64,000 bases of DNA from Octopus vulgaris (GCA_951406725.2 OX597818.1:65534001-65598000); one strand, 5' to 3'. Counted from the first letter of the stretch, positions 1-13,820 are shown. Notes: a model not told the origin generated them from the letters alone. Translations and numbers: made by a program.

Positions 1-241
1 TGTGCATGTGCGCGCGGATGTAATCATTTTCCGAGTTCCCATGACGCTGTACATGAAAGCTCGGCGCTTTCAGAGTCAATCATTTCTTTATACATGAAAC
101 GATTGGCACTTCATATGTGCTTAATATACGGGCCCTTGTAATTGTTAACATTTATTTATTGTTTCATCTATCGAAATATATACGTTTATAAATACATACA
201 CACATACACGTATAGACATATTTCTTCGTCCATATGCATAT

Positions 242-244
242 ACG

Positions 245-282
<38 letters not shown>

Positions 283-305
283 AACACACACACGCACACA
301 TACAC

Positions 306-374
<69 letters not shown>

Positions 375-389
375 CATACATACCTATAC

Positions 390-434
<45 letters not shown>
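242..434. repeat. Compound (TA)n/(CA)n/(TACA)n microsatellite; representative of dozens of similar tracts (e.g. 10376-10760, 11155-11352, 24725-24930, 26815-26982, 50100-50397, 51148-51478, 62110-62260)
   Basis: Direct reading; these tracts produce the [14 protein letters not shown] ORFs in the track. Confidence 0.98.
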
Positions 435-439
<5 letters not shown>

Positions 440-1060
440 CATAAATAAGGGCAAACGAAAAACTTTCTAATGCCAAATATGCCGAAAAATTACATAAATT
501 TAACCTTTAAAGGTATTTTTAATATGCTGGCCATTGATAAATTTTTTTTTCGAAAACTAAAAAAAAAATTTATCCTACATTAGATATAAATTTAAGCGTT
601 CACTTCCGTACTCTCTCACTCTGTGAGGGCCTCAGTTCAAATTGCATTCGTCTTGAATGCGCTGGAGTACTTCTATTTTGGATGTATTTGGGGTACTTAA
701 TTGTGCTCATGACTTGGTGTTTGCTTCTTCCATGGGTATGAGTAAGTATCTCATTTATTTCTTTAGCCACATTTATCACTGACGAAGTGAGGGCTCTTAT
801 GGGCTAGCCCTGAAATCGGTCCGAAATGGTAATAATGGAATTTTTTAGAATTTTCTGTCGACCTTTTTTCGAGTAGCGTGCATATTGTGAAAAACTTATA
901 TGGTTAATGGAGTATGTCCAATTTTTCGGCATATTTGTCATTAGAAATTTTTTCGTTTGCCCTTATTTATGAATTATATAAATTTAACTTTTAAAGGTTT
1001 TTTTAATATGCTGGCCATTGATAAAATTTTTTTTCGAAAAAGAAAAAAAAATCCTACATT

Positions 1061-1067
<7 letters not shown>
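435..1067 (+). mobile_element. Non-coding element with PLE-like pseudo-LTR layout (inverted A, B, core, A, B) flanked by (TA)n
   Basis: 435-491 is the reverse complement of 920-976; 488-588 is directly repeated at 972-1067; hammerhead-like core at 779-821; a solo B segment recurs on the minus strand at about 51071-51147. Confidence 0.75.
770..828 (+). ncRNA. Degenerate type I hammerhead ribozyme motif
   Basis: CTGACGA (779-785), stem II AGGGCT/AGCCCT, GAAA (812-815), then TCGGTC (near-palindromic stem III plus GTC); stem I pairs poorly and 4 extra nt follow the core. Confidence 0.5.
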
Positions 1068-1123
<56 letters not shown>

Positions 1124-1548
1124 AATATATATTCTAAAATAAACACATGTATATAATTATACATATATGAATGTGTTTTTATTCATGTAAATACGCATGT
1201 GTTTGTTTTAACGAAAGATTATCTGCTTTCACAAGTCTTCATTTCATGTAAGTTTCTTTATCCCTTAAAAATACAACACCATTTAAAATATAAGACATGA
1301 TATATTAGCATGTCTGACACAACCAAGAAATGAAGATATTTCATTATTGTCTGCATTTTGGAATCCATAATGGAATTCATCACAGTTATAATTCTGAAAT
1401 ACGTTGTATGCACGTTTGTAGTGTTTGTGTTTGTGTGTGTGTGTGTGTATGCGCGCGTGTGTGTGTGTGTGTGTGTGTGTGTGTCTGTATCTGTGTCTGT
1501 GTGTGTGCCTGCGTGAGTGTGGACGCGTGTGCATGTGTGATTGTGTGC

Positions 1549-1712
1549 TGTAGTCAAAATTGTACTCGCTTTCCGCCTGAAAATGTGGTATGAATCAACC
1601 ACTATAAAGTCAAACAATCAGTCGTTGTAGAGAGTGAGTTTTTGTAGAGTCGTTGGACGATCTCTCCTATTGGAGACGCTGTCAGTTACATGTTATATAA
1701 CAGTGGCGACCA
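1549..1712 (+). mobile_element. Possible LTR remnant followed by PBS-like sequence
   Basis: Begins TGTAGT, has TATAAA and TCAGT, ends ...TATAACA and is followed by GTGGCGACC (PBS-like). No partner LTR seen. Confidence 0.25.
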
Positions 1713-1859
1713 GAATATTACAGTGGCAAAAATAACATACAAATGGACGGGGGTCTGCATTGTAACAGTTACACATTAAATTTCTGTTCACTGCGGAGGG
1801 TCTTCGCAGAGACGACTGTTTCCTTATTCAAAAACAGTACCACACGGAATAAATCGACA

Positions 1860-2330
1860 TATCCAGGCGAAAATCACAAGACCTCTTTAAAAGCTTAGGT
1901 TTCTCCATAAAGCACACACCATCATAAATCAGCCAACAATCTCAACGTTACTTTTGATTTATAAGGTCTATAAAGTGAATACGGAAAATTTCAGTGTTTA
2001 TATAGATAATTGAACTCCAGATAAAGAACGCTTGTATAACACACTCTTAATCTCTATATAATGAAGCTGTTATTAACATCGTTTAGAAAAAAAATATTGC
2101 GTTTAATAAATAACAAAACCACAGAAAAAAACGGAAACTTATCTGGTTGTGTTCCCTCTTCAATATACAAGTCCCCACGCAGATTACAGACTAGAATTCA
2201 GAAAACTACGAATCAATTCAGCTCCAAACCAGGAACGTTACAGACTATTAAACAAACGCTGAATAAAACCATCACGCACCACAAATGGAGTCTCTCAAAT
2301 CTGCTGCCAATTATAACCAGCTAAAATTTC
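1860..2330 (+). pseudogene. Degenerate Penelope-like element RT remnant
   Basis: Frame-broken peptides LFKSLGFSI, NLNVTFDL (cf. NFLDVTFDL) and RKKRKLIW..LFNIQV (cf. RKRNIIWFNPPF of PLE ORFs). Confidence 0.5.
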
Positions 2331-4189
2331 TAAATAGGAAAAGTAAACTTCATTTATGACAACTACAATTATAGCTATGGAACAGCTGAACTCTACTCTT
2401 GAAACTGAAATAGCTCACAAGGAATATTTACTACAAATGCCCAACACCGATGACCTCCACAGGATTAAGTCTATTCTAGTTAAATTAAATGAAAATAAAT
2501 TAAATCTCGCACAGTAAGGTATCATATTTGTTTTACTGGCATATTATTCCCAACTTGTTTAGTCAAATATATATTTTGGCGAGTTTATTTATAATTGATA
2601 GGGTTGGTATCACTTATAGTTAATAGAGAACTGTAAAAAGAGTCACGGTGGCAGCGACCCTTGAATTCCTGCCAATTAATTTTGTGGCATGTCTTTAGTG
2701 TAAAACTATTTAATCTGAGAGATGTAAGTTTAAAGCTGCAACAACATTGCAAATGTTCTAACCAATATTTTGTTCCGTTTTCTCTGCTTCGAAATAATCA
2801 CAAGAAATATCATGTAAATTTCCTGTGGTCAATTAAAATGATATTTAATATCGATTAATCATGTTCAGGTGATATCCACGACCAAATAACATTATTGGGA
2901 ACAGGTGAAAAAGGAGCCGCCCTCCAACAGGAAAACTCAAGCAAATTCTTGTATTTCTGCCCGTGAAAGAAACCGAATATTATTGATGTGTTTTATCGGA
3001 CTTCAGTTTATTTTAACCAAATCTTGGGTTTCTAATAAAAGACAAACGAAACCAGTTCCACAATAATTATGAATGTTTGATTGGAAAGATATATACACAA
3101 AACTTTGTCATTTCACAAATAAAAGTAGTGTGCTGTTTTTCTTAGAAAATTCATTCCAGTGATAAAACTTTCCCATTGTTTTATATTCAGTTTCCGTTAA
3201 TAAGTGAGATTGCTAAATGGCACAGCTTCTATTCCTCAAAAGATTTCTTTAAAATGTAAAATTTGATGCTGTAAATAACTACAGTAAGCTCATATTTTAA
3301 ACAATAGGATTTCATTACTGAATAGATCTGTATAGATTGTTAAGTCACGTTTTGAACATTAGAACATTGAATATAAATTGTTTAAATACAATATACAATA
3401 CTTCATTCTATTATTTCAATAAAATCGGCATTAAATTGTAAATTTTTAAAACAAAACAATTAGATTTCGTCTACTGAGAGGTGAATTCCAGTCAATTTGA
3501 TGGAACTATTTTTGAAACCAACATCAGTGTAACTGATGTACAATGTTTTATTGCAATTTAAAATCCATAGAGAATTATATTCACAATAAACATAGAAAAA
3601 CAAGAAAACAAACAAAAACAAGAAAACAAACAAAAACATTAGATATATTTAAAGTAATGATTAATTACCGTTGACATATTAATTGTCGAATTTTGTGCGT
3701 GTGTCTATACACGTTTGTTTTTAAGTGAAACGTTTGAAATAAGATTTAGAGAGAAATGAATTAATTTTATATGAAGATAAAACACCTAAATATCAGATAT
3801 AAAATGACTGCTGAAATATATAAAATAGTTGTCTCTTCTTACGAATGTTTTGGGTTTTGAGTCTTATTGGCTTTAATTACAGAGACGTTGTTTTCTCTTT
3901 ACAAACACAAACCTGTATACAAAATTTTTCCTTAATTCCTCTGCTGATTGCTAAATATATACTGATTATTTCCCTGCATCAATTTGAAGAATACGTATTC
4001 ATTGTTTGAAAAGGAACGTTTGAATGCCTGACACTAATTAGGATATTATTAGAGTAGTAGTTGATAAATATGGTACATTGGTAAAGTCAAGAGAATAAAT
4101 TTTCTGCGTAATAAACATTTTACGTTCAAATCCTGTCGCACTTGAGTTTGTCAAGCCTCTTTCTAGGATCTGTAATATAATTAATAGCC

Positions 4190-4740
4190 AACTACTAAAC
4201 TTCTCCACAGCAAGACCCGAAATTTTGGGGGAGGGATTCAGTCCATTAGAGTGACCCCTGTACACAACTGGTGCTTAATTTAGCCACACATCTCGGCTCA
4301 GAACATAAAGACAAACAGATTACCGACTTCTTTACTAACCACATTGGGATAAACACAGAGAGGACAAACAAGGACAGACAAATGGATTAAGTCGATTATA
4401 TTGACCCCAGTGCGTAACTGGTATTTATTTAATCGACGCCGAAGGAATAAAGGCAAAGTCGACCTCGGCAGAATTTGAACTCAGAACGTAAATACAAACA
4501 GAATACCTACCTCTTTACTACCCACAAGGGGATAAACACAGAGAGGACAAACAAGGACAGAGAAATGGGTTAGGTCGATTATATCGACCCCAGTGCAAAA
4601 CTGGTGCTTAATTTATCGACCCCGAAACGATGAAAAGCCAAGTCGACCTTGGCGGAATTTGAACTCAGAACGTAATGCCAGGCGAAATACGGGTACGCAT
4701 TTTGCCCGGCGTGCTAATGGTGTCTGCCTGTTCGCCATCT
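4190..4740 (-). mobile_element. tRNA-derived SINE family B (Meta/MESC-like core), three serially joined units
   Basis: B-box GAGTTCAAATTCC and core GAGGTCGACTTTGCCTTT..GGGGTCGATAAATTAAG..CCAG on the minus strand; units at about 4510-4740, 4328-4500 and 4190-4320; homologous to 31207, 44072 and 47045. Confidence 0.85.
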
Positions 4741-6728
4741 AATTGAGTTCAATATTGACTATCCGCTACACCAAAAATCTGAAGCCTTGCTTCTATGATT
4801 AAATCGATATAATCTAATTGATTCCCTTCCCTCTACAGCATCCTCTACAACACGTCAGCTGTACGAAATAGCAAAGTGGTGCTTCGTCGTAATTGGTATC
4901 GTTTTTACTTAATACATTAGTCACTTTGAGTTCAAATCACATTGCTTTTCATTCCCAGGAGTCAATATCATGTAAACGAATAATTGAATTTGGTCGATTC
5001 CATTAACTAGTTTTCTTTTCTAATAGCAAACATTGTCCCGATGCTCTGCCGAAAAGAATCAATATTTAGAAAAAAAAACTTTCTACATTTTCGACAGATT
5101 CAAATAAAACGCACCTTTGAGAATGGCGCATATTTTGAGACAACGCTTCGTCGTCCCACGAGGAGATTCTAAATATGAAAATTCTGATAATAAGTATCAA
5201 GAACTATGTTAAGTCTGTCGGTCATCAGATTGTAACATTTTTCAACAGATGGGTGTCTAGATTGTTATGCGCTTCAGTTACGGTTATAATTAAACCAACT
5301 ACACTTTATATCTACTCTTCTTCTCATAAATACCGTGGAACATCTTATATTATAATTGCGTTTGTTTATTTCAATTTACGTTGTATTTTTTTTTCAAAAT
5401 AAAGTTTTGCCTAAAGAAGAACTGTAGTCCGTAGGCATTTTTCTACCGTGATGTTTATCTCCTGGTGTTTCACTGTCCAGTTTAATAAAACTTTAATGTT
5501 CACAGATCATCGAAACTTATTGAAGTGCAGCAGACGGAGCGTTCGAAATAGGAAAATAAGACTTTAGTCTCAGCTCCTCAATCAAAACGTCTTCTGTCGG
5601 AACTAACATTATTAAAGAACATTCAAGTGATTCTGATTCATCCGTTTCTGTGTTTGCTTCCGTTTTTTGTCGCCAAATATGTCAAACTCGATCAATATAT
5701 TCAATTTGATAATTTGTGAATATTTTTTTTTGTTATATATAAATCAATTCTTCTCCATTTTCCATGTAATTCATAATGCTACTTGAGACGTTTGTAGTAA
5801 ATGATGTAACATCTGTCATATTCAGGACTATAGAAGATATTAATGTGATTATTTTCATTTTAAATCTATTTTAAGTGGTTACAAGTGGAAGATGTATAAG
5901 ACGGAAGAGTAATTATGTAGTTTTTCCCAGCTGCGTCTCTCTCGTTGTTGACTAATATTTATTTGGACTTTAATAGTTTGCAAGTGAAACAATTAGTCTT
6001 TCCTTTGGAACATTACAAAGTAGAAACGATTTTAGATTATAGTTAATGTATCTTTTCATAAGTTTTAAATCAGATCTACTTTCAATAATATCATCAACAT
6101 CTTCATGCATAAACAACATATTGCATGCTTTGCTTAATGTGTCCATACATAGTAAATCCAGTTACAATCAGTTATATATTTCCCTATACTAGTTCTGTGT
6201 GTATCCACACATTTTTCGCTGACACTGCTTTTCTTAACTTCGTATATTTACATAAAATTGAAAACATATTCTTCACAATTTGAATGGTTTGTATCTCTCT
6301 ACCGACTACCTTTCGTCAGTCATGATTTCACCAATCAATCATTTTGCTACTTATATGTATCATTTCTTTCTAATACAGATATATATAAGTGATATTCGAG
6401 TATTTTTTCGATCATAAATTCTAAGCGAGTGTAAAGACATTTTGCAGTTATCATACCATAAAAATTTCTCAAAATCGACAACTCTATTATATCTCGTATG
6501 CGGATGATATCATACCCATGGTGCTCACACTGCATACCCACAGATAATTAATATTATCAAGTAGGGATACACATTTGGACCCTTAAGCGTAGAGGAGCGT
6601 AGATCTCTTCTAATCTTATCAGAAATTTCACAGGATATATGCGAAATTCAGGTTTAAATTTTGATGTAATTATATAAAAATATTTAAGTGTATTCCGTAC
6701 TTCTGTTTTGGTCGAATGAGACTACAAG

Positions 6729-6759
<31 letters not shown>

Positions 6760-7596
6760 CTCTCACTTGTGAGAAGCATATGATATTGTGCACATTCGGT
6801 GTGTGTGCGCATATATTTATAAGTTTGTGCATTAATTGAAATACACTCAAATGCATTTTTTTTAGGTATACGAACTGGTTATTTTTTTATTACCAAAAAA
6901 TATAATTTACACATTCTTCAAAAACATTTCAACAAAATGTCAAATTATTCTCTTATGTAAATTATTCTGGTATATTTCCAAACAAACAGGATAAACAATA
7001 TAACCAAACTGTTTATTCTGGCAGAGAAGAATCTTTGCACAGGCGTTATAATAGCAGTCGAAATCACGATGGAGAAGTCACGTCTTTAAAAAAAAAAAAC
7101 GTTTAGGACTGGGTGGTATTGATGTCATTCTATAACCAAACAGTGGATTAATACAAATATTTTAGTGACGTTGATTATAAATAGTTTGCAATATGACGAT
7201 TTCGAACAGCAATGCACAAATATACTAAAGCAAATTTCAGAAACATTCAATGTCTTTTTTAAGAAACATTCGAAAAAAAATTGTGTGGAATTATAAGGTA
7301 AGATTGATCCCCATTTGAAAGGGTTTGCTGTGTTAGAAGACAAAATTCTGAGATAATTACTATTACGGATTCATTGCACGCTTGTTTAAGTGTCGATAAA
7401 TATTACCAGTTGGTATTAATTCTGCTTCTCTGGGAAATAATTCTTCTATTAGACAGCAGTAAAAAGGAATGCAGAATGATCAATATAAAACACATGAAAA
7501 ACAATATCATATTTTCTTTGGATTTGGTTCGTGAGCACCTCCATCACAATATTAAACATTACTTTATTTAACATTATTTACATGATTTTCCTTTCT

Positions 7597-7652
7597 TTGT
7601 TGTCTTATCATTTCTATCAATATATATATTGATAGAAATGGTAAGACAACAA
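7597..7652. repeat. Near-perfect 56-bp palindrome centred on (TA)n
   Basis: TTGTTGTCTTATCATTTCTATCAA-TATATATA-TTGATAGAAATGGTAAGACAACAA. Confidence 0.9.
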
Positions 7653-7700
7653 AAGAATGAATGAGACCTCGATATTATGTAAATAGAGGAATTTATCTGT

Positions 7701-7908
7701 AAAATTAATATGTGACAATTATTCGGTAGCCACGATAAAGTCCGAGTTTCGGATGTCGGGACGGAAACCCACGTCGCCATCTCTTCAGCTATCCGACCAT
7801 CGAAAAAATAGGCGGATAACTGAAGAAATGGCGGCGTGGGTTTCCGCCCCGATATCCGAAACTAGGAGTTTTATCATGGCTACCGAATAATTGTCATATA
7901 TTAATTTT
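7701..7908. mobile_element. Fold-back element; each ~95-bp arm carries a hammerhead motif
   Basis: 7701-7795 is the reverse complement of 7813-7908 with a few mismatches; followed by a long (CA)n. Confidence 0.8.
7815..7875 (+). ncRNA. Type I hammerhead ribozyme
   Basis: Stem I GATAA/TTATC, core CTGAAGA, stem II hairpin (imperfect at its base), GAAA, stem III ACT-AGG-AGT, cleavage triplet GTT. Confidence 0.7.
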
Positions 7909-8008
<100 letters not shown>

Positions 8009-8212
8009 GTATGTATGGATTTGTTTTATTTCAGGTCGTTCATGTTTATTTTTCTTGGCAAAAAAACACAAGCACTATATATTTGTTCTTTCGTGAGTGC
8101 TCTCTCCACTTACCCCCATCTGTTCTTCTGTTCTTCTATGAAGAATCCTGCAACACAAATAGATAAACATTCATAAATGCATGAACATATATACATACAT
8201 ACACACACACAC

Positions 8213-8243
<31 letters not shown>

Positions 8244-8246
<3 letters not shown>

Positions 8247-8628
8247 TATTTTACTCTTTTACTTGGTTCAGTCCTTTGACTGTGGCCATGCTGGAGCATC
8301 ACCTTTAGTCAATCAAATCGACCCCAGGACTTATTCTTTGTAAGCCCAGTACTTATTCTATCGGTCTCTTTTTGCCGAACTTCTAAGTGACGGGGACGTA
8401 AACAAACCAGCATCGGTTGTCAAGCGATGGTGGGGGGACAAACACACACATACATATATATATACGACAGGCTCCTTTCAGTTTCCGTCTACCAAATTCA
8501 CTCACAAGGCATTGGTCGGCCCGAGGCTATAGCAAAAGACACTTGCCCAAGATGCCACGCACTGGGACTGAATCAGGAACCATGTGGTTGGTAAGCAAGC
8601 TACTTACCACACAGTCACTCCTGCGCCT
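8244..8628 (-). mobile_element. tRNA-derived SINE family A (CORE-like domain, internal microsatellite), full length
   Basis: A/B-box head, CORE-like GTGGCATCTTGGGCAAGTGTCTT, internal (TA)/(TG) tract, tail ending in (AAAAGAGT)n-like repeats; many copies in the window. Confidence 0.9.
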
Positions 8629-8714
8629 ATAAGCTATATATATATACACACAATTCATGTATATGTACATATGTACATATGTGCGTACGTGTGTCTGTGT
8701 TTGTGTTTGTATGA

Positions 8715-9262
8715 CACACCTATTTCGGAAAAGTTACTGGTGAATTTCAGTCCACGTAAAAGATCGGTACTGTATATGTAGCCGATCCCATAAAATAAGT
8801 ACTAGGCTCTGAAAATATGTTTTCTGGACGATGGCGTCGACAAAAATTTCTTCGAAGTCTTGCTCCAGTATGGTCGGTCTCTAGTGACTGAAACAGGAGT
8901 GGATTAGTAAGACGCAGTCGTCTGTGTGGCAAGAAACCTGATTCCCAACCACACGGTTCCGGGTTCAGCCCGACCTCGTGGCAACTAGCTCATGTGTATT
9001 CTACTATATCCACGGGCTGACCAAGGCCTTGTGAGTATGTTTAGTAGAGGGAAACTAAAAGAAGCCCGTCATAATTACTTATGTATATAATTATGTGTTT
9101 GTGTATGTGTTTGTTACTGTATTTATGTCCCTCCCATACCGACAATGTTGGTTTGTTTATGTCCCCGTATCTTAGACTACGGGCAAAGCTTACAAAGTAT
9201 AAATCCTGGGGTCGATGCTGCGGCATGGACACACGGAAATGGCTTAAACAAGTAAACGAATA
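8715..9262 (+). mobile_element. SINE family A: diverged tail (about 8715-8895) followed by a diverged full copy (about 8911-9262)
   Basis: Homology to 8244-8628 in the opposite orientation. Confidence 0.75.
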
Positions 9263-9328
9263 TATGTATGCGTGCGTGTGTGTATGGATGTGTATGTAAG
9301 TTCGAATGCATGTGTGTATGTCTCTGTG

Positions 9329-9366
<38 letters not shown>

Positions 9367-9411
9367 CATACATGTGTGTGTGTGTATGTGTGTGTATACA
9401 TACATATATTC

Positions 9412-9797
9412 TTCTATTCTTTTACTTGTTTTGACTGCGGCTATGCTGGAGCACAACTTTTAGTCGAGAAAATCAATCCCAGGACTTGTTCTTTGTAAGC
9501 CTAGTACTTATTCCATCGGTGTTTTGCCAAACCGCTAAGTTACGTGAACGTAAACACACCAGCATCGGTTGTCAAGCAATGTTGGGGACACAGACACACA
9601 AACATATACACATACATAGGTACATATATTATACATATATATATACACGACGGGCTTCTTTTAGTTTCCCTCTACCAAATCTACTCACAAGGATTTGGTT
9701 GGCCATTGGCTATAGTAGAAATCATTTTCCTGGAACTGAACCCGGAAGTACGTGGCTGGTTTGCAAGCTACGTACTACACAGCCACAACTGCGCCTA
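9412..9797 (-). mobile_element. SINE family A, near full length
   Basis: Colinear with 8244-8628 with a small deletion in the core. Confidence 0.88.
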
Positions 9798-10373
9798 TAT
9801 ATACATATAAAAAACAAATCTGACAAATGAACTCGAAAATACAATGACGAATGTAGGAATAGAAAATGAACGAATAGAAAAAGAAACAAATGCAAGGGGA
9901 ATGAATATAAATGGATCACTCTACTAGTTTGTAGATGTTCTTGTCTCAAGTTGGCTGTGACGTCAAACTCGAGTGTCGAGATAAACACTCCGTTGAAATA
10001 AAAATGTCCATAGATACACACACATACACAAACACACATAGAGTTAAATATGTATTAAACATGTATTAATTTGTCAATATTAAGAAGATAGGGAAGCAGC
10101 GAAATATTTGTATTTTTAAATAGTTACAATATTACAAAGTTTTCACTGAAAGAAAAACATTGAAATAGAGCAACTGAACATGTACAAAAGGAAACATACA
10201 TACGTCTAAGTGAGAGAATTATATTAGAAGTAACTTTTGTTATTAAACTGAAATAAAAGAGATCTTCAGAAAATTCTTGTATTCAAAAACTAACATATTC
10301 ACCCCTATACATAGACGTATCTCTCTATCTCTCTATCTCTACCTATAAATGTATACTATAATACAATGTGATA

Positions 10374-10408
<35 letters not shown>

Positions 10409-10498
10409 CTACATATATATATATGTATATATATTCATATATACATATATATATATATACCTATATATATATATAAATATATATACATATATATATAC

Positions 10499-10542
<44 letters not shown>

Positions 10543-10680
10543 CTAATATATATATATATACATATATTATGTATATATATATACACATAATATATATGCA
10601 TATATATGTATATATATAATATATAAATATATATACATATAAACATACACACATAGGCACACACACATATACATATATAT

Positions 10681-10723
<43 letters not shown>

Positions 10724-11160
10724 CATATACGCATATATATATGTATATATATATGTACACATGTGTGTATATTCCTAATACCTATTCAAGATAAATGCTG
10801 TTTCCGTTTGGATTCCAAAGTAATATAATATTACAACGCAAGTGAAACAAACACGAAGAACTTTGTGTAATGTTGTTTTATAATTTTATGCTCTAAGAAA
10901 GAAGATGAATAGTTTTGTCTATATATCGAAGAACTGGTTTTTTTTTTGTTTTTGTTTTTTTAATTCCCATTTGTAATGAAATGAAGAATGATACAAAGGC
11001 AAAATATTTGTTTTATCTTTTAATACTGAAAATATCATATGTAACCCATGAAATGGTTTTGTTAAATATATTTCATAGATTAAATATATTTGTTTCATAT
11101 TTTTAAAGCAATATACATACATACGAACTCGTACAATGACGTGTTGGTGTGTCTGTATAT

Positions 11161-11222
<62 letters not shown>

Positions 11223-11285
11223 CTGTGTGTGTGTGTGTATGTATATATATGTATGTATGCATATATATATATATAAATATATACG

Positions 11286-11358
<73 letters not shown>

Positions 11359-12884
11359 TCGCATTTACATTATGTCTGTGTGCGTGTGTGATTCTCTATG
11401 CGTATGTATGAGTGCATGCGTAAAATTATATCTCAATACATATGTTTATATGTATTCAGAAGCGTTTATATAAATATATACAATTCTGCAATGATACATA
11501 CACTAGCGCACACTTATACACACATAGAGAGTCAGGCAATTACTGTGGAACACACGCGCAAACTGAGGCACACATAAACAGAATCGCACACATATTTATA
11601 CATATATCCGTATATCATTTAATTTTAATTTCAATCTACTGTCGCTTTTTTATACTCCGGTTATTTCGTGAATGGTTGGTTAGATGAAATATCTACTTAA
11701 ACTAATGCAGTGTAAGATTTACGCTTCAAAACCACTCTTATGTGCTCAAAATTGAAATATATTTCAACATCACTAAATATCTTAGTTCACTGATATCAAG
11801 TATTTCATAACATAACCCTTTATGTTATGTAATGATACTCAGAAAAAATATTTTTTACACAGTATTTTTTATTTTACTTTTTATGTATTTGTTTTGATTT
11901 TTCTGTCAAAAATTTTAAAACTCTTAACATTTCACTCCGAATGTTTTATCAAGAAAGACATCATGCCGTTGTTTTGACTTAGGAACGTTGAGAAATTTCT
12001 AACCTATATATGATTAATACACTGGTTTCTTTTCAATTCCAATGAAAATATTTTCTAAATCTTATCTAAATTTATGTACAGTTGAACTATAATGGGGGCA
12101 GTTCAAAATCTCATTCACATTTTTATAACTCACGGCATATTTTCCAAGATCTCCGATCACCAAAACTTTTTACTCTTCCAAAAATTTACAATACTCGTGA
12201 AAAATCTATCACTCATTTTATTGTCTCTTTGGTCACTACAGTTTTTATTGGAAACATTTTGTATTTGTTTTTCTTATTCTTTCGTCTCAATGCAATAATA
12301 TCAAACTATTACATATGTAATATTTTAAATCAAAAATATTTATAATATAGGAATATAACAAACAGGCTGCAATCCAAATGGCAGCAATTGTTTCTGTGAG
12401 TTAGGAACAACAGTTAGTTGTGAGTTTTCCGTACTCCACTTATTATTATATACGTATTATAGAAAGATAATCCAGCAATAGCTGCGAACGTGCACATCAT
12501 CAAGTACTGAGTGCACTACAGTAAATATATAACATGGGAGGCTCAGCAACTAACGCTTGTTATAAATACACAGGAAAAATTTGGTTTGGGTGAAAGGCAG
12601 TTCATTCCATCTTCTTGTATTATATATTTTGGAAGGGATTCTGTGTAGGGGTATCCTTGATGTATTATGACATATGGTAGCCGGTAGACGCAGAGAAGCT
12701 TTATAAGGCACGTTATAATGGTGTTTTGCACAATGATATTAAATAACCATTTTGATAGATACGATTCTAAATTTAGATGAAATGGAAAAGGATCCATTGT
12801 GAATCCCATTAATACATTTGATACCAAGCTGCTTGAGGCTGCTCCTTCATCTAAATAATTACGTTGGTGTTGTAAAGTGACAAC

Positions 12885-13030
12885 AATTAAAACCATCCAT
12901 CTAAATTTCTTGTTAATTTATGTTCAAAACTCCAATTTAAAGATAAAAAGTTATTTTAGTAAATTCTTCGTCTTCAAAATGAAGAGAAATAAAGACACTT
13001 TATTTCGACCGAATTATAGTAACAAAAGGA
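12885..13030 (-). mobile_element. Possible MITE remnant (piggyBac-like end)
   Basis: Ends GTAACAAAAGG, the reverse complement of a degenerate CCCTTTCGTTAC terminus like that at 24034. Confidence 0.3.
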
Positions 13031-13284
13031 GCAATTGAAATCCCAACTCGACGTGAAATATAGAAATCAATAAGAGCTGTTTATTAGTGAGGTTTAATTT
13101 ATTTGCCAGTTAGGAAATGCGCGCTGATTACATGTATCAGATCATTTTTGCGCAGCAGTCTCATTTCGTTCTACAAAGAATGAGTTAGGAATTTTAATTG
13201 TATAGGATAAAGTATATTTAATATTTGTGCGTCGTACGTTAAGGAAAATCTGCTTTCACTAACAACCGTTTCCTATAAATGATA

Positions 13285-13405
13285 TGGAGCGACGCAACGT
13301 GTTCTTGAACAGGTCACTGCATTTCACGTTACTTGTGCGCTCAGCTGGCAAAATTGAGTAAATCTAGGATGGACCAGCGTTCATCAGAAACCGGGACATG
13401 GGCGT
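13285..13405 (+). mobile_element. CORE-SINE remnant
   Basis: GTGTTCTTGAACAGGTCACTGCATTTCACGTTACT..CTCAGCTGGCAAAATTGAGT resembles the core at 59870-59940 (minus). Confidence 0.6.
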
Positions 13406-13648
13406 TCTGAGTCTATATGACTAGGGAAAGATCTTTATCCGTGTTTTATTATATATATTTTATGATATTTGAAAGTTCAGAAATTTAGCTAAAATTCTAG
13501 CTTACAGTTGTGGGCAAGAGTGGCCTGATAGTTTGCCCCGATGCTCTTATAGGCTGGTTTGGGTTCCTTATCGAGTTCAGAGAAGATAATGAAGCAACAT
13601 CAGTTTTTCCATCGATAGCCTTGCTGAATATCGAAAACTTTTATCAAG

Positions 13649-13653
13649 TGAGA

Positions 13654-13700
<47 letters not shown>

Positions 13701-13820
13701 TGCGAGAGATAAAAGAGAGTGAAAGAGACAAACAGACACAGAATGTGTGAAGGAGCAGGACAATGAGAGAGAGTGAGAGAGAGAGAGACAGACAGAGAGA
13801 AAGAGAGAGAGAGAGAGAGA
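13649..13820. repeat. (GA)n microsatellite, interrupted
   Basis: Direct reading. Confidence 0.95.

Noticed and set aside
6480-6545. SYADDII, an RT-like YADD motif on the plus strand
   Set aside because: Isolated; no other RT motifs nearby.
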